NCBI GenBank assembly: GCA_048938895.1
Contig: JBHLLU010000008.1
Span: forward strand, 39,470-103,469
DNA length: 64,000 bases
Reading direction: 5' to 3'
Source of the DNA: Promethearchaeota archaeon
GTDB taxonomy: Archaea; Asgardarchaeota; Lokiarchaeia; Sigyniarchaeales; SOKP01
Numbering within the stretch: position 1 is the stretch's first letter; the number at the start of each line of letters is the position of its first letter. Of the stretch, positions 9,453 through 19,869 are shown one piece after another. The notes under the pieces are model-generated. The model did no database searches and was not told the DNA's origin. It saw nothing but the letters and a program-made list of their open reading frames with translations. The position numbers and the translations under genes are program-made.

Positions 9453-11153
9453 ATGAAAACAAATAAGCAAACCTCTATTACTATTGTCCCATTCATCATT
9501 ATAGGTCTAACCATAAGTATTTTTGTCATCCATCCTAACGTTTTTTTTTTACATAATAATGAAAAAAAGGAAGATTTCATTTCCTCTAATAATCTAAAAA
9601 TCTCGAATGGACCACCTTTATCATACTTGGCAATCGATCGAAATGCTACAACGATTTATCGGTTATTTGAAGATATAAATATTACAATTGATACTTTTGG
9701 TTATAGTGATGTTGATCATAGCCTTATTCAAATAGATTTTTCAAATGGCTCAACAGTTAACTACAACATGGAACAAACATCTATTTATGAATATTCATAT
9801 GTGTTTCAACCTAATTATAATGCCCCTTTAGGATTACAAAATGTTAGTTTCTTAATTTACAACGCAACTAATGCGCTTTTAAATGCACATACCACCTATA
9901 CAAACTTTACAATTAAAACTAATTACATGGTATTAATTAATAGTTCTGAATATAAGATTGGGGATGATTTATATGCTGAATTAACGGTGAATAATTTCGG
10001 TTCTTATCAATTTGGTTGGAACGTCACAATTGTTAATAGTACTCACGAATCAGAACAAGGCAATATGATAGATTTCGTTTATAATGCTGTTCAATTTACA
10101 TATCATATTGATAATGGGACATTTTATGAGATTATAGATCGAACTTTCTATGTAAAACTAAATATGACAGATTTAATTACTGGAAAAACAAATGCAGCAT
10201 ATTTTCCTTTTGAAGTCTTGAATTCTAATCCAAATATAGACACTTCATCAATTTCATTTTCTCCAACAACGGTATATAGAGAGGAAGATTGTACAATTAG
10301 TTTGAATGTTACTGACACTGAAGTACTATCCCGATACTTAAATATTGATATGGATATTGAAGATTCGCAAGGAAATTTCGTTTCCACAGTTGCTATTGAA
10401 CATACAAGTAAAAATAACTTTACTACTGTCTTTTCTATTCCCGCTGCTAGTCCCATTGGAAAATATAGGATAAATATAACAGCAGAAGATCCATCAGGTG
10501 GAAGTGATTTAGTTCAAACTTTTCTTGAGGTAAAAAATAATCTACCCAAGATTCACAGTTATAAAATCAATGGAAAAAGCTCAGAGCAGGGAATATCAAT
10601 CGCTTATGGAAAAAATATTGTCTTTTCATTTAATGTTTCAGATGTTGAAGGAGTCACTTATATTAAAGTAGCACTTTTGGATGAAAATAATGAGTGGTAC
10701 AATATAACCACAGATTATAAAGGATTAGATACAGAAATAAGTATCCGGACAATTGATTTAATAACTGGGGTGTGGTATGTATATATTTACGTAATTGATA
10801 GCGATGGAGCAGTCACAAGCCTTACAGATGATTACGATAAGGCACCACAAGCAATAACTATCATTCCTGATACTTTAAGTACTCTTCTGCCTTGGTTACT
10901 TTTCATTATTGGAATACTAATAGGAATTCTAATAAGTATAGGTCTTACCTTTCGATATTATAGATCAAAAATGGTTGATTCCAAAACAATTTCCACCAAA
11001 AAGAAAGATACTAGTTCAAAAAAAAAACCAAAAAGTAAAGATTTAAAAGAGGAACAACCCACAGAACCTCCAGAAACAGAAATAAAGGAAGAATTAAAAT
11101 TTGAGAAAGAAGAAGAAGGCGCGCCTAAACGAAAAATTAAAAGAAAATTATAG
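9453..11153 (+). CDS. Membrane-anchored Ig-like-domain surface protein
   Basis: N-terminal hydrophobic segment; repeated beta-sandwich-like units (G.Y.I.I.A.D..G); C-terminal TM and K/E-rich tail; starts 5 bp after the previous gene. Confidence 0.65.
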   Translation: MKTNKQTSITIVPFIIIGLTISIFVIHPNVFFLHNNEKKEDFISSNNLKISNGPPLSYLAIDRNATTIYRLFEDINITIDTFGYSDVDHSLIQIDFSNGSTVNYNMEQTSIYEYSYVFQPNYNAPLGLQNVSFLIYNATNALLNAHTTYTNFTIKTNYMVLINSSEYKIGDDLYAELTVNNFGSYQFGWNVTIVNSTHESEQGNMIDFVYNAVQFTYHIDNGTFYEIIDRTFYVKLNMTDLITGKTNAAYFPFEVLNSNPNIDTSSISFSPTTVYREEDCTISLNVTDTEVLSRYLNIDMDIEDSQGNFVSTVAIEHTSKNNFTTVFSIPAASPIGKYRINITAEDPSGGSDLVQTFLEVKNNLPKIHSYKINGKSSEQGISIAYGKNIVFSFNVSDVEGVTYIKVALLDENNEWYNITTDYKGLDTEISIRTIDLITGVWYVYIYVIDSDGAVTSLTDDYDKAPQAITIIPDTLSTLLPWLLFIIGILIGILISIGLTFRYYRSKMVDSKTISTKKKDTSSKKKPKSKDLKEEQPTEPPETEIKEELKFEKEEEGAPKRKIKRKL

Positions 11154-11193
11154 GAATACTAATAATTTGCCTATTAATTTAAAATTTTATTTT

Positions 11194-12105
11194 TTATTCT
11201 AAGATTTCATACAATCGGTATTGAAATTTACCTAGCTTTCCCCCAAAATTACCTGCAGAAATTCTGGTTATGCCCGGTACTTTTACTGCTGCGTGAATTC
11301 CTAATTTCATTGAACTTTTTATCGATTCTTCAGTTGCCCCGTCTAGTATAATTTCATAAACGCAATTTTCTCCCTCGCGTAAATGTGAGTTCTCAATTTT
11401 ATCTCTGAGATTAGGACATAGAGGATCGTTTGTAGAAGCATTGAGAAAAGAATATTTCGATCCAACTTTTGATCCAGATCTTGCGATTCCTCCCGGAAAT
11501 GGAGTTATAACATTAGGTATATCTTTAATTGCCTCTATAGCTTTTTCAGCTGCTTCTAGAGCAGCATCCTGATTTTTCCCAATGATCAAGAAGTTCCCTC
11601 CTGCTATACCTTTCCCGACTTTCGCCATACTCTGAACAATAAATTCTCCTTCCATAACTGGAATTGACCATGCTTCAAATGGGAATTTACCTTCTACTTT
11701 TTCTTGAAATCCATCACCAAAAAACTTAAGGTTTGCCCCTATTTTTATATCAAATTCTTTTGTAGAGTCTAGAGATTCACTTAATGCATCAAAACATGCG
11801 GTAGTGGGACATGTTAAGACACATTGCCCCAAACGGTTCATTACTACATTGCTTACTTGATCCTTTTTAGTTTTAAAAAACATAACAATAACTCCAGGAC
11901 GGTTATCGGGAGTTTTATCTGCTGGTACAAAAATGTCAATTCCAGCTTCAGCATCACAATGAATTGTAGATGTTCCATATCCTGTTGTAACTGATGCTGC
12001 AGTTTTCAACCATTTTTCATTTTTAGCAGTAATTAGGATCCGAGTAAAAAAACCACCAAAAGCTTCACAAAAAGTATCTTCTATTTCTACACCATTTAAT
12101 TCCAT
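11194..12105 (-). CDS. ftr: Formylmethanofuran--tetrahydromethanopterin N-formyltransferase
   Basis: MELNGVEIEDTFCEAF, TPDNRPG, RLGQCVLTCPTTA, FFGDGF, GIAGGNF, SGSKVGS, ISAGNFGGKLG. Confidence 0.97.
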   Translation of the reverse strand: MELNGVEIEDTFCEAFGGFFTRILITAKNEKWLKTAASVTTGYGTSTIHCDAEAGIDIFVPADKTPDNRPGVIVMFFKTKKDQVSNVVMNRLGQCVLTCPTTACFDALSESLDSTKEFDIKIGANLKFFGDGFQEKVEGKFPFEAWSIPVMEGEFIVQSMAKVGKGIAGGNFLIIGKNQDAALEAAEKAIEAIKDIPNVITPFPGGIARSGSKVGSKYSFLNASTNDPLCPNLRDKIENSHLREGENCVYEIILDGATEESIKSSMKLGIHAAVKVPGITRISAGNFGGKLGKFQYRLYEILE

Positions 12106-12275
12106 TTTTTAATCTTACACCTTAAATTGCTTTATTTTAAAATATAATTTTTAAATAACGTATGACTAATAGCATTCTATTTTATATAAAATTTTAAAAA
12201 AAAAATAAAAACATTGAAAAATTGTAAGGAATTATATTGTCAAATTAAAACTAAAGTTACTGAGACATAGGAAAA

Positions 12276-13112
12276 ATGAGTGAAAATGTACTTAAGATTG
12301 GGATATTGAAGAATGGAACTATTGGATCATCTCTACTACTCGCATTTTTAATGGATGAGCGTGCAGAGTCTACAAGAATCAATGTATATGAAGTTACTTC
12401 TGGTGCTAAAATGCATCCACCTGAAATGTGTATAAAAACGATGGAGGCTCTACTAAAATGGGATCCTGAATTAATAATTATGTCAAGCCCTAATGCAGCT
12501 TTACCAGGACCAAAAGCTGCGAGAGAAATGGCAGGAAACATTCCAACTATAGTAATTTCAGACACACCAGCTAAAAAAGCTGTTGATGAATTTAAAGAGA
12601 AAAATAGGGGTTTTATTTTAGTTAATTGTGATAGTATGATTGGGGCACGTAGACCTTTTCTTGATCCTACTGAGATGAGCATTTACAACGCAGACTTATT
12701 AAAAGTACTTGCTATTACAGGAGCACTTCATGTCATAGCAGAGGAATTGAACAAAGTAATCATAGATATGCTAGAGGGGAGAACTCCTAGCTTACCTCAA
12801 AAAATTGTAGATGCAACAATAGCAATAAATGCTGCAAAATTCTCAAATCCATATGCACAAGCAAAGGCTATTGCTGCATTTGAATTAGCGGCTTCTGTAT
12901 CAAAATTAACTGGAAAAGCTTGCTTTCAACTCAAAGAGAGATCCGAATATATACCATTACTCGCTGCAGCCCATGAGATGATGAGGACAGCGGCATTATT
13001 ATGTGATGAGGCAAGAGAAATTGAAAAGTATAATGATTCCGTTATAAGAAGGCCCCATCATGCTCAACAACACTTCCTCACAAAAATTGGGTTAAATGAT
13101 AAAGAACAATAA
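12276..13112 (+). CDS. mtd: F420-dependent methylenetetrahydromethanopterin dehydrogenase
   Basis: DERA, SGAKM.P, SPNAALPGP, DSMIGARRPFLDPTEM, FSNPYA.AKA, AAHEMMR. Confidence 0.96.
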   Translation: MSENVLKIGILKNGTIGSSLLLAFLMDERAESTRINVYEVTSGAKMHPPEMCIKTMEALLKWDPELIIMSSPNAALPGPKAAREMAGNIPTIVISDTPAKKAVDEFKEKNRGFILVNCDSMIGARRPFLDPTEMSIYNADLLKVLAITGALHVIAEELNKVIIDMLEGRTPSLPQKIVDATIAINAAKFSNPYAQAKAIAAFELAASVSKLTGKACFQLKERSEYIPLLAAAHEMMRTAALLCDEAREIEKYNDSVIRRPHHAQQHFLTKIGLNDKEQ

Positions 13113-13173
13113 TTTAAATTAAAATTAGGTTTTGAAAATAAACTCTATTTTTAACTATTTTTTCTTGATAAGC

Positions 13174-14130
13174 TTAAAACTCAGAAGATTTAAGATAAAT
13201 CTTTAAATTATTGAATGCTTCTCCATTTAGTGCACTTAATACTCCTGAGAAAACTTCAGGTTGTTTACCTCTTGTAACAGCCATTAAAACAGCTCTATTA
13301 AAAACTTCTTTTACTAAAATCCAGCATTCTTCTGATTCATAGACGACAGTAGATAGTTTTAATGGTGAGAGATTTGAAATGCTCTGAAGCTCCATAATTT
13401 GTTGATAAATATTGTAGATATTAGAATCCAAAGTTCCTATCTCAAATTTCATGAATTGAAGAGGTTTTGACTTAAATTTGCCAAAGGTTGATGTAATCAA
13501 TAATCCATCAGGTTGATTGAATAATAGATATTCTGATAAAGTGTTAATTTTCAATTCATCTAGTAAATGACGAATTTTACCTAGACGTTGTAGTGATAAA
13601 GTGTTTTTCTGAATCTCATAATCTAAAATTTCAATTAACCTATGTTGAGCGCTCCCCTCTTTTACAGAGACAGGAGTAAATGAAATTTTATCTTTATATT
13701 CTCCATTTAAATTATTGGATAATACCTCATAGAATTCATCTTCTTTCGATTCCTGTAAATCTATTTTATTCAACAATACATAGGCTTGATCAATATTAGG
13801 AGAAAATTCGAATAAATTTTTCAAGAAGTTATCGAAAATATCACGTACCCCAACATCAAGATTCGCTGAATCTACCATAAACACCGCAGTAGCAACTTCA
13901 GAAAATATGAGTTCACGTTGAGATTCAGAAAAATAACGCTCTAAATACCTTTCTTGACCCCCTAAATCCCAAATTGATAACTCTAAAATCCCTCGGAATA
14001 TAAAATTTTCTCTAGATACTCCCTTTGTGGGTTTTAAATTAAGAACTTTCATAAAGTTATATCCTAGGCAAGTAGTCCTCATTAAACTTGTTTTTCCTGC
14101 GTTTGCAGGGCCGAATAGAAGTACCTTCAT
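13174..14130 (-). CDS. Rag/Gtr-like small GTPase with C-terminal roadblock-like domain
   Basis: G1 GPANAGKTS, G2 PT, G3 WDLGGQ followed by RagA-like ERYFSESQRELIF, G4 NKID; ~130-aa C-terminal alpha/beta domain (LLFNQPDGLLITS). Confidence 0.85.
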   Translation of the reverse strand: MKVLLFGPANAGKTSLMRTTCLGYNFMKVLNLKPTKGVSRENFIFRGILELSIWDLGGQERYLERYFSESQRELIFSEVATAVFMVDSANLDVGVRDIFDNFLKNLFEFSPNIDQAYVLLNKIDLQESKEDEFYEVLSNNLNGEYKDKISFTPVSVKEGSAQHRLIEILDYEIQKNTLSLQRLGKIRHLLDELKINTLSEYLLFNQPDGLLITSTFGKFKSKPLQFMKFEIGTLDSNIYNIYQQIMELQSISNLSPLKLSTVVYESEECWILVKEVFNRAVLMAVTRGKQPEVFSGVLSALNGEAFNNLKIYLKSSEF

Positions 14131-14368
14131 TGTATTTAATGCTATTTTTAGAATATAATTAAAAAATCAATTCATTAACTATAGTAACTATTAAATTAAT
14201 TGATTTTATATAATCTTTATAATTTTATCTTTATTTAATTTTTTCTAATTCTAAAAAAGAGATTCTAACTTAAAAGCAAATTGATACTTTGACGATTCAA
14301 TTAAATATAATTTTTAATTTAACTAATTAACATAAATAAAATAAAACAAAAAAAGGATTAATGATAAA

Positions 14369-14896
14369 ATGGATCTTTTAAAATATATACGCAACGTCCC
14401 AGATTTTCCAATAGAAGGAATTCAATTCAAGGATATTACTACTTTGGCAAAAATGCATGAACCTTTTAAAGAATCATGCGATAAAATAATCAATTATTTT
14501 AAAAATAAAGGGATAACAAAAGTTACGGCAATTGAAGCAAGAGGGTATATTTGGGGGGGTGTTATAGCATATAAACTCGGTGCTGGATTTGTGTTAATTA
14601 GAAAACCTGGAAAATTGCCTGCTGAGACGATTAAGGAAACCTATGAACTGGAATATGGTACCGATACTATTGAGATGCACAGTGATGCTATAGAAAAAGG
14701 AGATAAAGTATTAGTTTTTGATGACTTGTTGGCAACTGGTGGCACAGCAAAAGCAGCTTGCAATTTAGTTGAAAAAGCAGGTGGGGTAGTTGTAGGTGTA
14801 GCTTTTGTAATAGAATTAACAGGAAGCTTACATGGACGAGAAAAATTAGAAAAGTATGATACACTTTCTTTAATACAGATCCCCGTTGAAGAATGA
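14369..14896 (+). CDS. apt: Adenine phosphoribosyltransferase
   Basis: VPDFPIEGIQFKDIT, EARG, RKPGKLP, YELEYG, PRPP motif VLVFDDLLATGGT. Confidence 0.97.
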   Translation: MDLLKYIRNVPDFPIEGIQFKDITTLAKMHEPFKESCDKIINYFKNKGITKVTAIEARGYIWGGVIAYKLGAGFVLIRKPGKLPAETIKETYELEYGTDTIEMHSDAIEKGDKVLVFDDLLATGGTAKAACNLVEKAGGVVVGVAFVIELTGSLHGREKLEKYDTLSLIQIPVEE

Positions 14897-14923
14897 ATTT
14901 CTTTTTAGAAATAAAATCTTTTT

Positions 14924-15922
14924 TTATAATCCTTCTAATTCTGGAGGAGTATAACTAAAAGTAGTATAAAATCTTTTTTTCACTTGTTCAATATTAAAAA
15001 CATGTGTTTGAGCACCATCGGTTTCAACAACAAAGGAACCAATTATAGCTCCCAGCCGACATGAATCTAACAATGTCATGTTTAATATTAAACCCGATAA
15101 TACTCCTGCACGATAGCCATCTCCTGCTCCTGTAGTATCTATGATTTTCTTTGGGGTAGCAATGGGGATATTAATTGTAAACTGTTTATCATTCTCATCT
15201 TTATAACATAATTGAGATCCCTCAGATCCTTTCGTGGTAATAATAGCCCTAACATGTTTAAGGATTGATTCCTTCGATAATCCTGATTTTTGTTTAATTT
15301 GATTTATTTCATAATTATTCCCAATCAAAATTTCTGATTTATCAAGTATCTCAATTAAACTTTTTTTTTGGAAAAGTGGAGTCACCTGACCAGGATCAAA
15401 TATAGATGGAATATTTAAATCAAATAACTGATTAGCAAAATTAATCATTGCATCAATACCTTGTGTTGAGTTTATTGCGTAAATATACTCTTCAGGGTTA
15501 GAAATTTTCTCCCTTAAATCAATATCTGTACATTTATCTAAAGCACCACCATGGAAAATTATCATTTGATTAGATTTTATATCATTTACAATATAACAAG
15601 CGGCAGTAAATAGATCCTCGTGTTCATCAATTATTAAATCTACATTTTTAAACCTTTTTATATGTTCCTTATACCCTAGTCTCTCAAAATCATTTCCAAC
15701 TGAACCCAATAATGCTACTTTTGCAATATTTATTAGCCCTAGATTATAAGCAATGTTTCCAGCAGTTCCTCCAAAAAATTGCTTACGGCTATCCGCTGTA
15801 ACCGTACTCTGATACTCTTCCTTATCGTGGTCAATTGACACTGCATTTATAAAGCTTTCTTTAAAACCCATTATATAATCAAACGCTAAAGAACCAAGTA
15901 CAAGGACTTTTGTTTGTTGCAT
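14924..15922 (-). CDS. PfkB-family nucleoside (adenosine-like) kinase
   Basis: GSLAFD, GGTAGNIAY, FDPGQ, DTTGAGDGYRAG; flanked by purine-salvage genes. Confidence 0.88.
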   Translation of the reverse strand: MQQTKVLVLGSLAFDYIMGFKESFINAVSIDHDKEEYQSTVTADSRKQFFGGTAGNIAYNLGLINIAKVALLGSVGNDFERLGYKEHIKRFKNVDLIIDEHEDLFTAACYIVNDIKSNQMIIFHGGALDKCTDIDLREKISNPEEYIYAINSTQGIDAMINFANQLFDLNIPSIFDPGQVTPLFQKKSLIEILDKSEILIGNNYEINQIKQKSGLSKESILKHVRAIITTKGSEGSQLCYKDENDKQFTINIPIATPKKIIDTTGAGDGYRAGVLSGLILNMTLLDSCRLGAIIGSFVVETDGAQTHVFNIEQVKKRFYTTFSYTPPELEGL

Positions 15923-16036
15923 GAGATTTTAAATTAAGGTTTAGAAATAAATCTTATAATATTCGATATAATAGTTAAAAAATTATTTATTAAATTTCAA
16001 ATATTATAATTTAAAACTAACATAAAGGGTAAAAAA

Positions 16037-16792
16037 ATGCGACATATAAAAGTTGGAATAATTGGAGGTTCTGGATTGGATGATCCTGATATTTTAAAGG
16101 AAGCTAGAGATATAGAAACTAGTACACCATTTGGAAAGCCTACTTCTCCTCTTAAAATCGGAAAAATTAGCGATGTGGAAGTAATACTCATAGCAAGACA
16201 TGGTAGAGAGCATACTATTCCCCCAACCCAGGTTAATTTTAGGGCTAATATTCAAGCATTAAAAGATCAAGGTTGTACTCATATTCTAGCCACAACTGCT
16301 TGCGGAAGCTTGAGAGAAGAAATAGAAAGAGGTGACCTAGTTATTCTAGATCAATTCATAGACTTCACTAGACTTAGAAAAATATCATTTTTCGACGAAT
16401 TTGAACCTGGTGATATGAAACATACTCCTATGGCTGATCCTTATTCAGAAGAACTAAGAAATATTCTTATTGAAACCGCAAAGGAACTAAATATAAAATA
16501 TCATGAAACAGGAACTGTTGTGACAATTGAAGGTCCACGATTCTCTACTAGGGCAGAATCTCACATGTTTCGGATATGGGGTGCAGATGTAATAAACATG
16601 AGCATAGCTCCTGAGACAATTCTAGCAAATGAAGCAAATATACCTTATGCTGCTATTGCAATGTCCACCGATTACGATTGCTGGAAAGAAGATGAAGTTC
16701 CTGTTACTTGGGAAGAAATTCTTGAGATTTTTGGGAAAAATGTAAATAATGTCATAGCCTTGATAACCAATGCGATAAAAAAAATAGTCTAA
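16037..16792 (+). CDS. mtnP: S-methyl-5'-thioadenosine phosphorylase
   Basis: GIIGGSG, TPFG.P, RHG..H..PP..VNFRANI, EGPRFSTRAES, INMS..PE, TDYDCW. Confidence 0.95.
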   Translation: MRHIKVGIIGGSGLDDPDILKEARDIETSTPFGKPTSPLKIGKISDVEVILIARHGREHTIPPTQVNFRANIQALKDQGCTHILATTACGSLREEIERGDLVILDQFIDFTRLRKISFFDEFEPGDMKHTPMADPYSEELRNILIETAKELNIKYHETGTVVTIEGPRFSTRAESHMFRIWGADVINMSIAPETILANEANIPYAAIAMSTDYDCWKEDEVPVTWEEILEIFGKNVNNVIALITNAIKKIV

Positions 16793-16906
16793 TTATTCTT
16801 TTTCTAATATTTTGTTTTTGTATAATAATAAAATTATTATTTTTTAATCAGTTTCATAATATAATAGAAATGATGATACCAACAAAACATTTTAGACGTT
16901 AATAAT

Positions 16907-18211
16907 ATGGTAAGTATTTCCTTTCTTGGTGCATGTAGAGAAGTCGGGAGAAGCGCAGTTTTAATTGAATCTAAAAATGGTACAAAATGCATGTTAGATT
17001 ATGGGATTAGATTTCGTGGAGACGAAAGACTTCCTATGGTAACAAACATAGAGAATCTAAAAGCGATTGCATTGACCCATAGTCATATAGATCATTCTGG
17101 GGGTCTTCCTTTTTTATATAAAACTCATAAAGTACCATTTATCACAAATTCAATCTCTCTTGCTTTAGCAGATATCTTAATAAAAGATATGATCAGAATT
17201 TCAAGTTATCCCTTCCCATTTGGGTATAGAGAATTAGATTTACTAAAACAGAATTCATTTTTCCTTACCAATGGAATTCGGCATAAAATTGATGATGATT
17301 TTTTTATAACTTTTATCGACGCAGGTCATATTCCTGGAAGTGTGTCAATCTTACTCGAAGTAGATAATAAAACTATTCTATATTCTGGAGATATAAACAC
17401 TCAAATCACCAATTTAATCCATTCAGCTAACTATTCTGATATACCTGAAATAGATACATTAATAATTGAATCAACTTATGCTCTTCGAAATCATCCCCCA
17501 AGAGAGCAATTAGAAAGAGAATTTATAGAAAAAATAACAAACATTACAGAAAATGGTGGTACGGTTCTAATTCCCGCTTTTGGAGTAGCTCGTTCTCAGG
17601 AAGCACTATTAATTTTAGAAAAATACCAATATAATGGGAAGATTTTTATTGATGGATTAGCAAGAAAAATATCAATGCTATGTTTAGATTATCCTGGTTT
17701 TATTAAAAACATAAAATTATTTAAGAGTGCCCTGAAAAAAGCTCAATTTGTCTCAAGACCTAAGACTAGGGCAAAAGTTAAAGATACTAGTGGAGTAATA
17801 ATTTCACCATCTGGGATGCTTAAAGGTGGAGCTGCAATAGACTATATTCAATCAATACTCAAAGATCCTTTATCAGCAATATATTTGGTAGGGTACCAAG
17901 TTGAGGGAACTCCCGGAAGAAGTTTACTAGATAATGGTATCTTCGAATTTAAGGAATCTCGTAAAAATAAACCTAATTTTACTTTAAGAATTGAAGCACA
18001 ATGTGATTATCATTATTTTGATTTTTCCAGTCATTCTGATAATAATCATATTCACAATTATATCGAAAATCTAAAATTTAAAAAAGATTCCCATAGCGAC
18101 ATATTTTGCGTTCATGGAGATAACAAATCCACTACGAGTTTAGCTAGTGAATTAGTAACTAAAAATTATAATTCTGTAGCTCCCGAAACTGGAGAAATAT
18201 ACCAAATCTAA
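16907..18211 (+). CDS. Beta-CASP metallo-beta-lactamase ribonuclease (CPSF/YSH1-like, no KH domains)
   Basis: GACREVGRS, HSHIDH, AGHIPGS, SGD, ESTY, GMLKGG, SSH, VHGD. Confidence 0.9.
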   Translation: MVSISFLGACREVGRSAVLIESKNGTKCMLDYGIRFRGDERLPMVTNIENLKAIALTHSHIDHSGGLPFLYKTHKVPFITNSISLALADILIKDMIRISSYPFPFGYRELDLLKQNSFFLTNGIRHKIDDDFFITFIDAGHIPGSVSILLEVDNKTILYSGDINTQITNLIHSANYSDIPEIDTLIIESTYALRNHPPREQLEREFIEKITNITENGGTVLIPAFGVARSQEALLILEKYQYNGKIFIDGLARKISMLCLDYPGFIKNIKLFKSALKKAQFVSRPKTRAKVKDTSGVIISPSGMLKGGAAIDYIQSILKDPLSAIYLVGYQVEGTPGRSLLDNGIFEFKESRKNKPNFTLRIEAQCDYHYFDFSSHSDNNHIHNYIENLKFKKDSHSDIFCVHGDNKSTTSLASELVTKNYNSVAPETGEIYQI

Positions 18212-18226
18212 TTTAATTGATATGAT

Positions 18227-19768
18227 TTAACCGCTCTTTGCTTTTTTAAATTGATTACGAACTGCAGTGTTACAATTTTCAAGAAATATTTCAGATTTTT
18301 CAATTGGGATTTTTGTCCCTGCTGCAGGAGGGTGACCGCCCCCTAATACTTCTAAATTCGACCGTTCACATGCATCTCTAATCACTGAAGAGAGGTTTAT
18401 TCCCTGATTTACAATTGTTTCATGTGCTCTTCCTGATACTTTATATACTTCTTCATCGCTTCTCTTCGCTAAGCCAAATATTGGTTTTGACTTATCAACT
18501 CCTTTGAAATCCTCGAAAATAAGCATAGAAGTAACTGTTCCTATAATACTTTCAGGAATTTTATCTTCTCCAAAAAAATATTGAATTGAGTCTTTCTGCA
18601 ATATTTTATTATTCTCTTGAATCCAAGAAAGACTCTCAAGCAAGGATTTTCTATAATTCTCCAAAATATTTTTTGATTGTTGGTAGATCTCTTTTCTATC
18701 CCCCATTGCAATAGCAATTCCAGATGAAGAATTATGAGTTCGCCCACATGCGTTTAAAAGATTTGAAAATTCTTTCGCATCATGAAGTTCCGAACCGAGA
18801 GGTTCATTCTTTAATAAATATCTATTAACTATTAATTTTCTTATGATTTTATTTGGTTCTAAATCTAACTTAATTGAAGCATATTCAATAATTGCTGATG
18901 AAATTTTTTGTTTTTCATCCTGATTTAATTCGCTTAACGTTTTTACTTCTCCAACGGAATTTTCCATCAAAATTCCTTGAGTTTTCAAGAAGATTAAAGT
19001 TCTATTTACATCCTTAGTTAATCCAGGTAAATTGAAATCTGATGAATAAGCTATAGCTTCATTTAAAGGTTTTAAACTAGAAAAATTTAAATCATTGACA
19101 ACCTCAATTTGCCCTAATTTTATAGCATCTCCCAAAATAAATTTGTTAAGCCCTAAAAACGATTTGTTCTCTCCTTGATTTTGTATATCCCCAATTGCCC
19201 CTATAACAGCGATGGATGATAAATCAATATTAGATTTATTCAAACATTTAGCAAAATAATAACACAATCCTGCCCCTGATATTTCGAGACTTCCATTAAT
19301 ACCATAGAAATAAGGATTGATGTGCCAATATTTAGTATTTTCATGTATCTTCTTTATATTCTCGATTTCTTCTTTACTAGAAACATTCTGAGGGATATGA
19401 TGATCTAAAATTAAAAATGAATTAAAATTTTTATTATCAATTAATTCTTTTTGAAGTTCTAAAAACTGTCCACTGCCAAAATCAGAAAACATTATAAAAT
19501 TGTTATATTTCTGAACTTTCTCTGCTATTTTTTTAATTTCTTGCTTTTCTAATTGTCTTAGAACTGTGATTTGAAAGGGAATTTTCTCTCGATATAGAGC
19601 TTTTCCGAGAATAGCTCCTGAACTTAACCCATCAGCATCAAGATGGGTATAAATATTAATTGGGGCTTGTATATCTTTAACTTTATCAAAAAAGTAGGAT
19701 TTTGCCTTGGTAAGATCAGCTTGTAATCTTGATAATTTTTCTTTATTTTCATCCATTTTTTTAAACAA
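18227..19768 (-). CDS. Archaeal RecJ/GAN (Cdc45-related) DHH nuclease
   Basis: HLDADG, SDFGS, DHH, GAIGDIQ, LLNACGR, GGGHPPAAG. Confidence 0.9.
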   Translation of the reverse strand: MFKKMDENKEKLSRLQADLTKAKSYFFDKVKDIQAPINIYTHLDADGLSSGAILGKALYREKIPFQITVLRQLEKQEIKKIAEKVQKYNNFIMFSDFGSGQFLELQKELIDNKNFNSFLILDHHIPQNVSSKEEIENIKKIHENTKYWHINPYFYGINGSLEISGAGLCYYFAKCLNKSNIDLSSIAVIGAIGDIQNQGENKSFLGLNKFILGDAIKLGQIEVVNDLNFSSLKPLNEAIAYSSDFNLPGLTKDVNRTLIFLKTQGILMENSVGEVKTLSELNQDEKQKISSAIIEYASIKLDLEPNKIIRKLIVNRYLLKNEPLGSELHDAKEFSNLLNACGRTHNSSSGIAIAMGDRKEIYQQSKNILENYRKSLLESLSWIQENNKILQKDSIQYFFGEDKIPESIIGTVTSMLIFEDFKGVDKSKPIFGLAKRSDEEVYKVSGRAHETIVNQGINLSSVIRDACERSNLEVLGGGHPPAAGTKIPIEKSEIFLENCNTAVRNQFKKAKSG

Positions 19769-19869
19769 TTAGATATTCATAAATTCAAAATTGAAATTAT
19801 AATATAATAAATTATCAAAATTATAATAAATACTCAATTAAAAAAAATAATCTACTAAGGTGGAAATAA

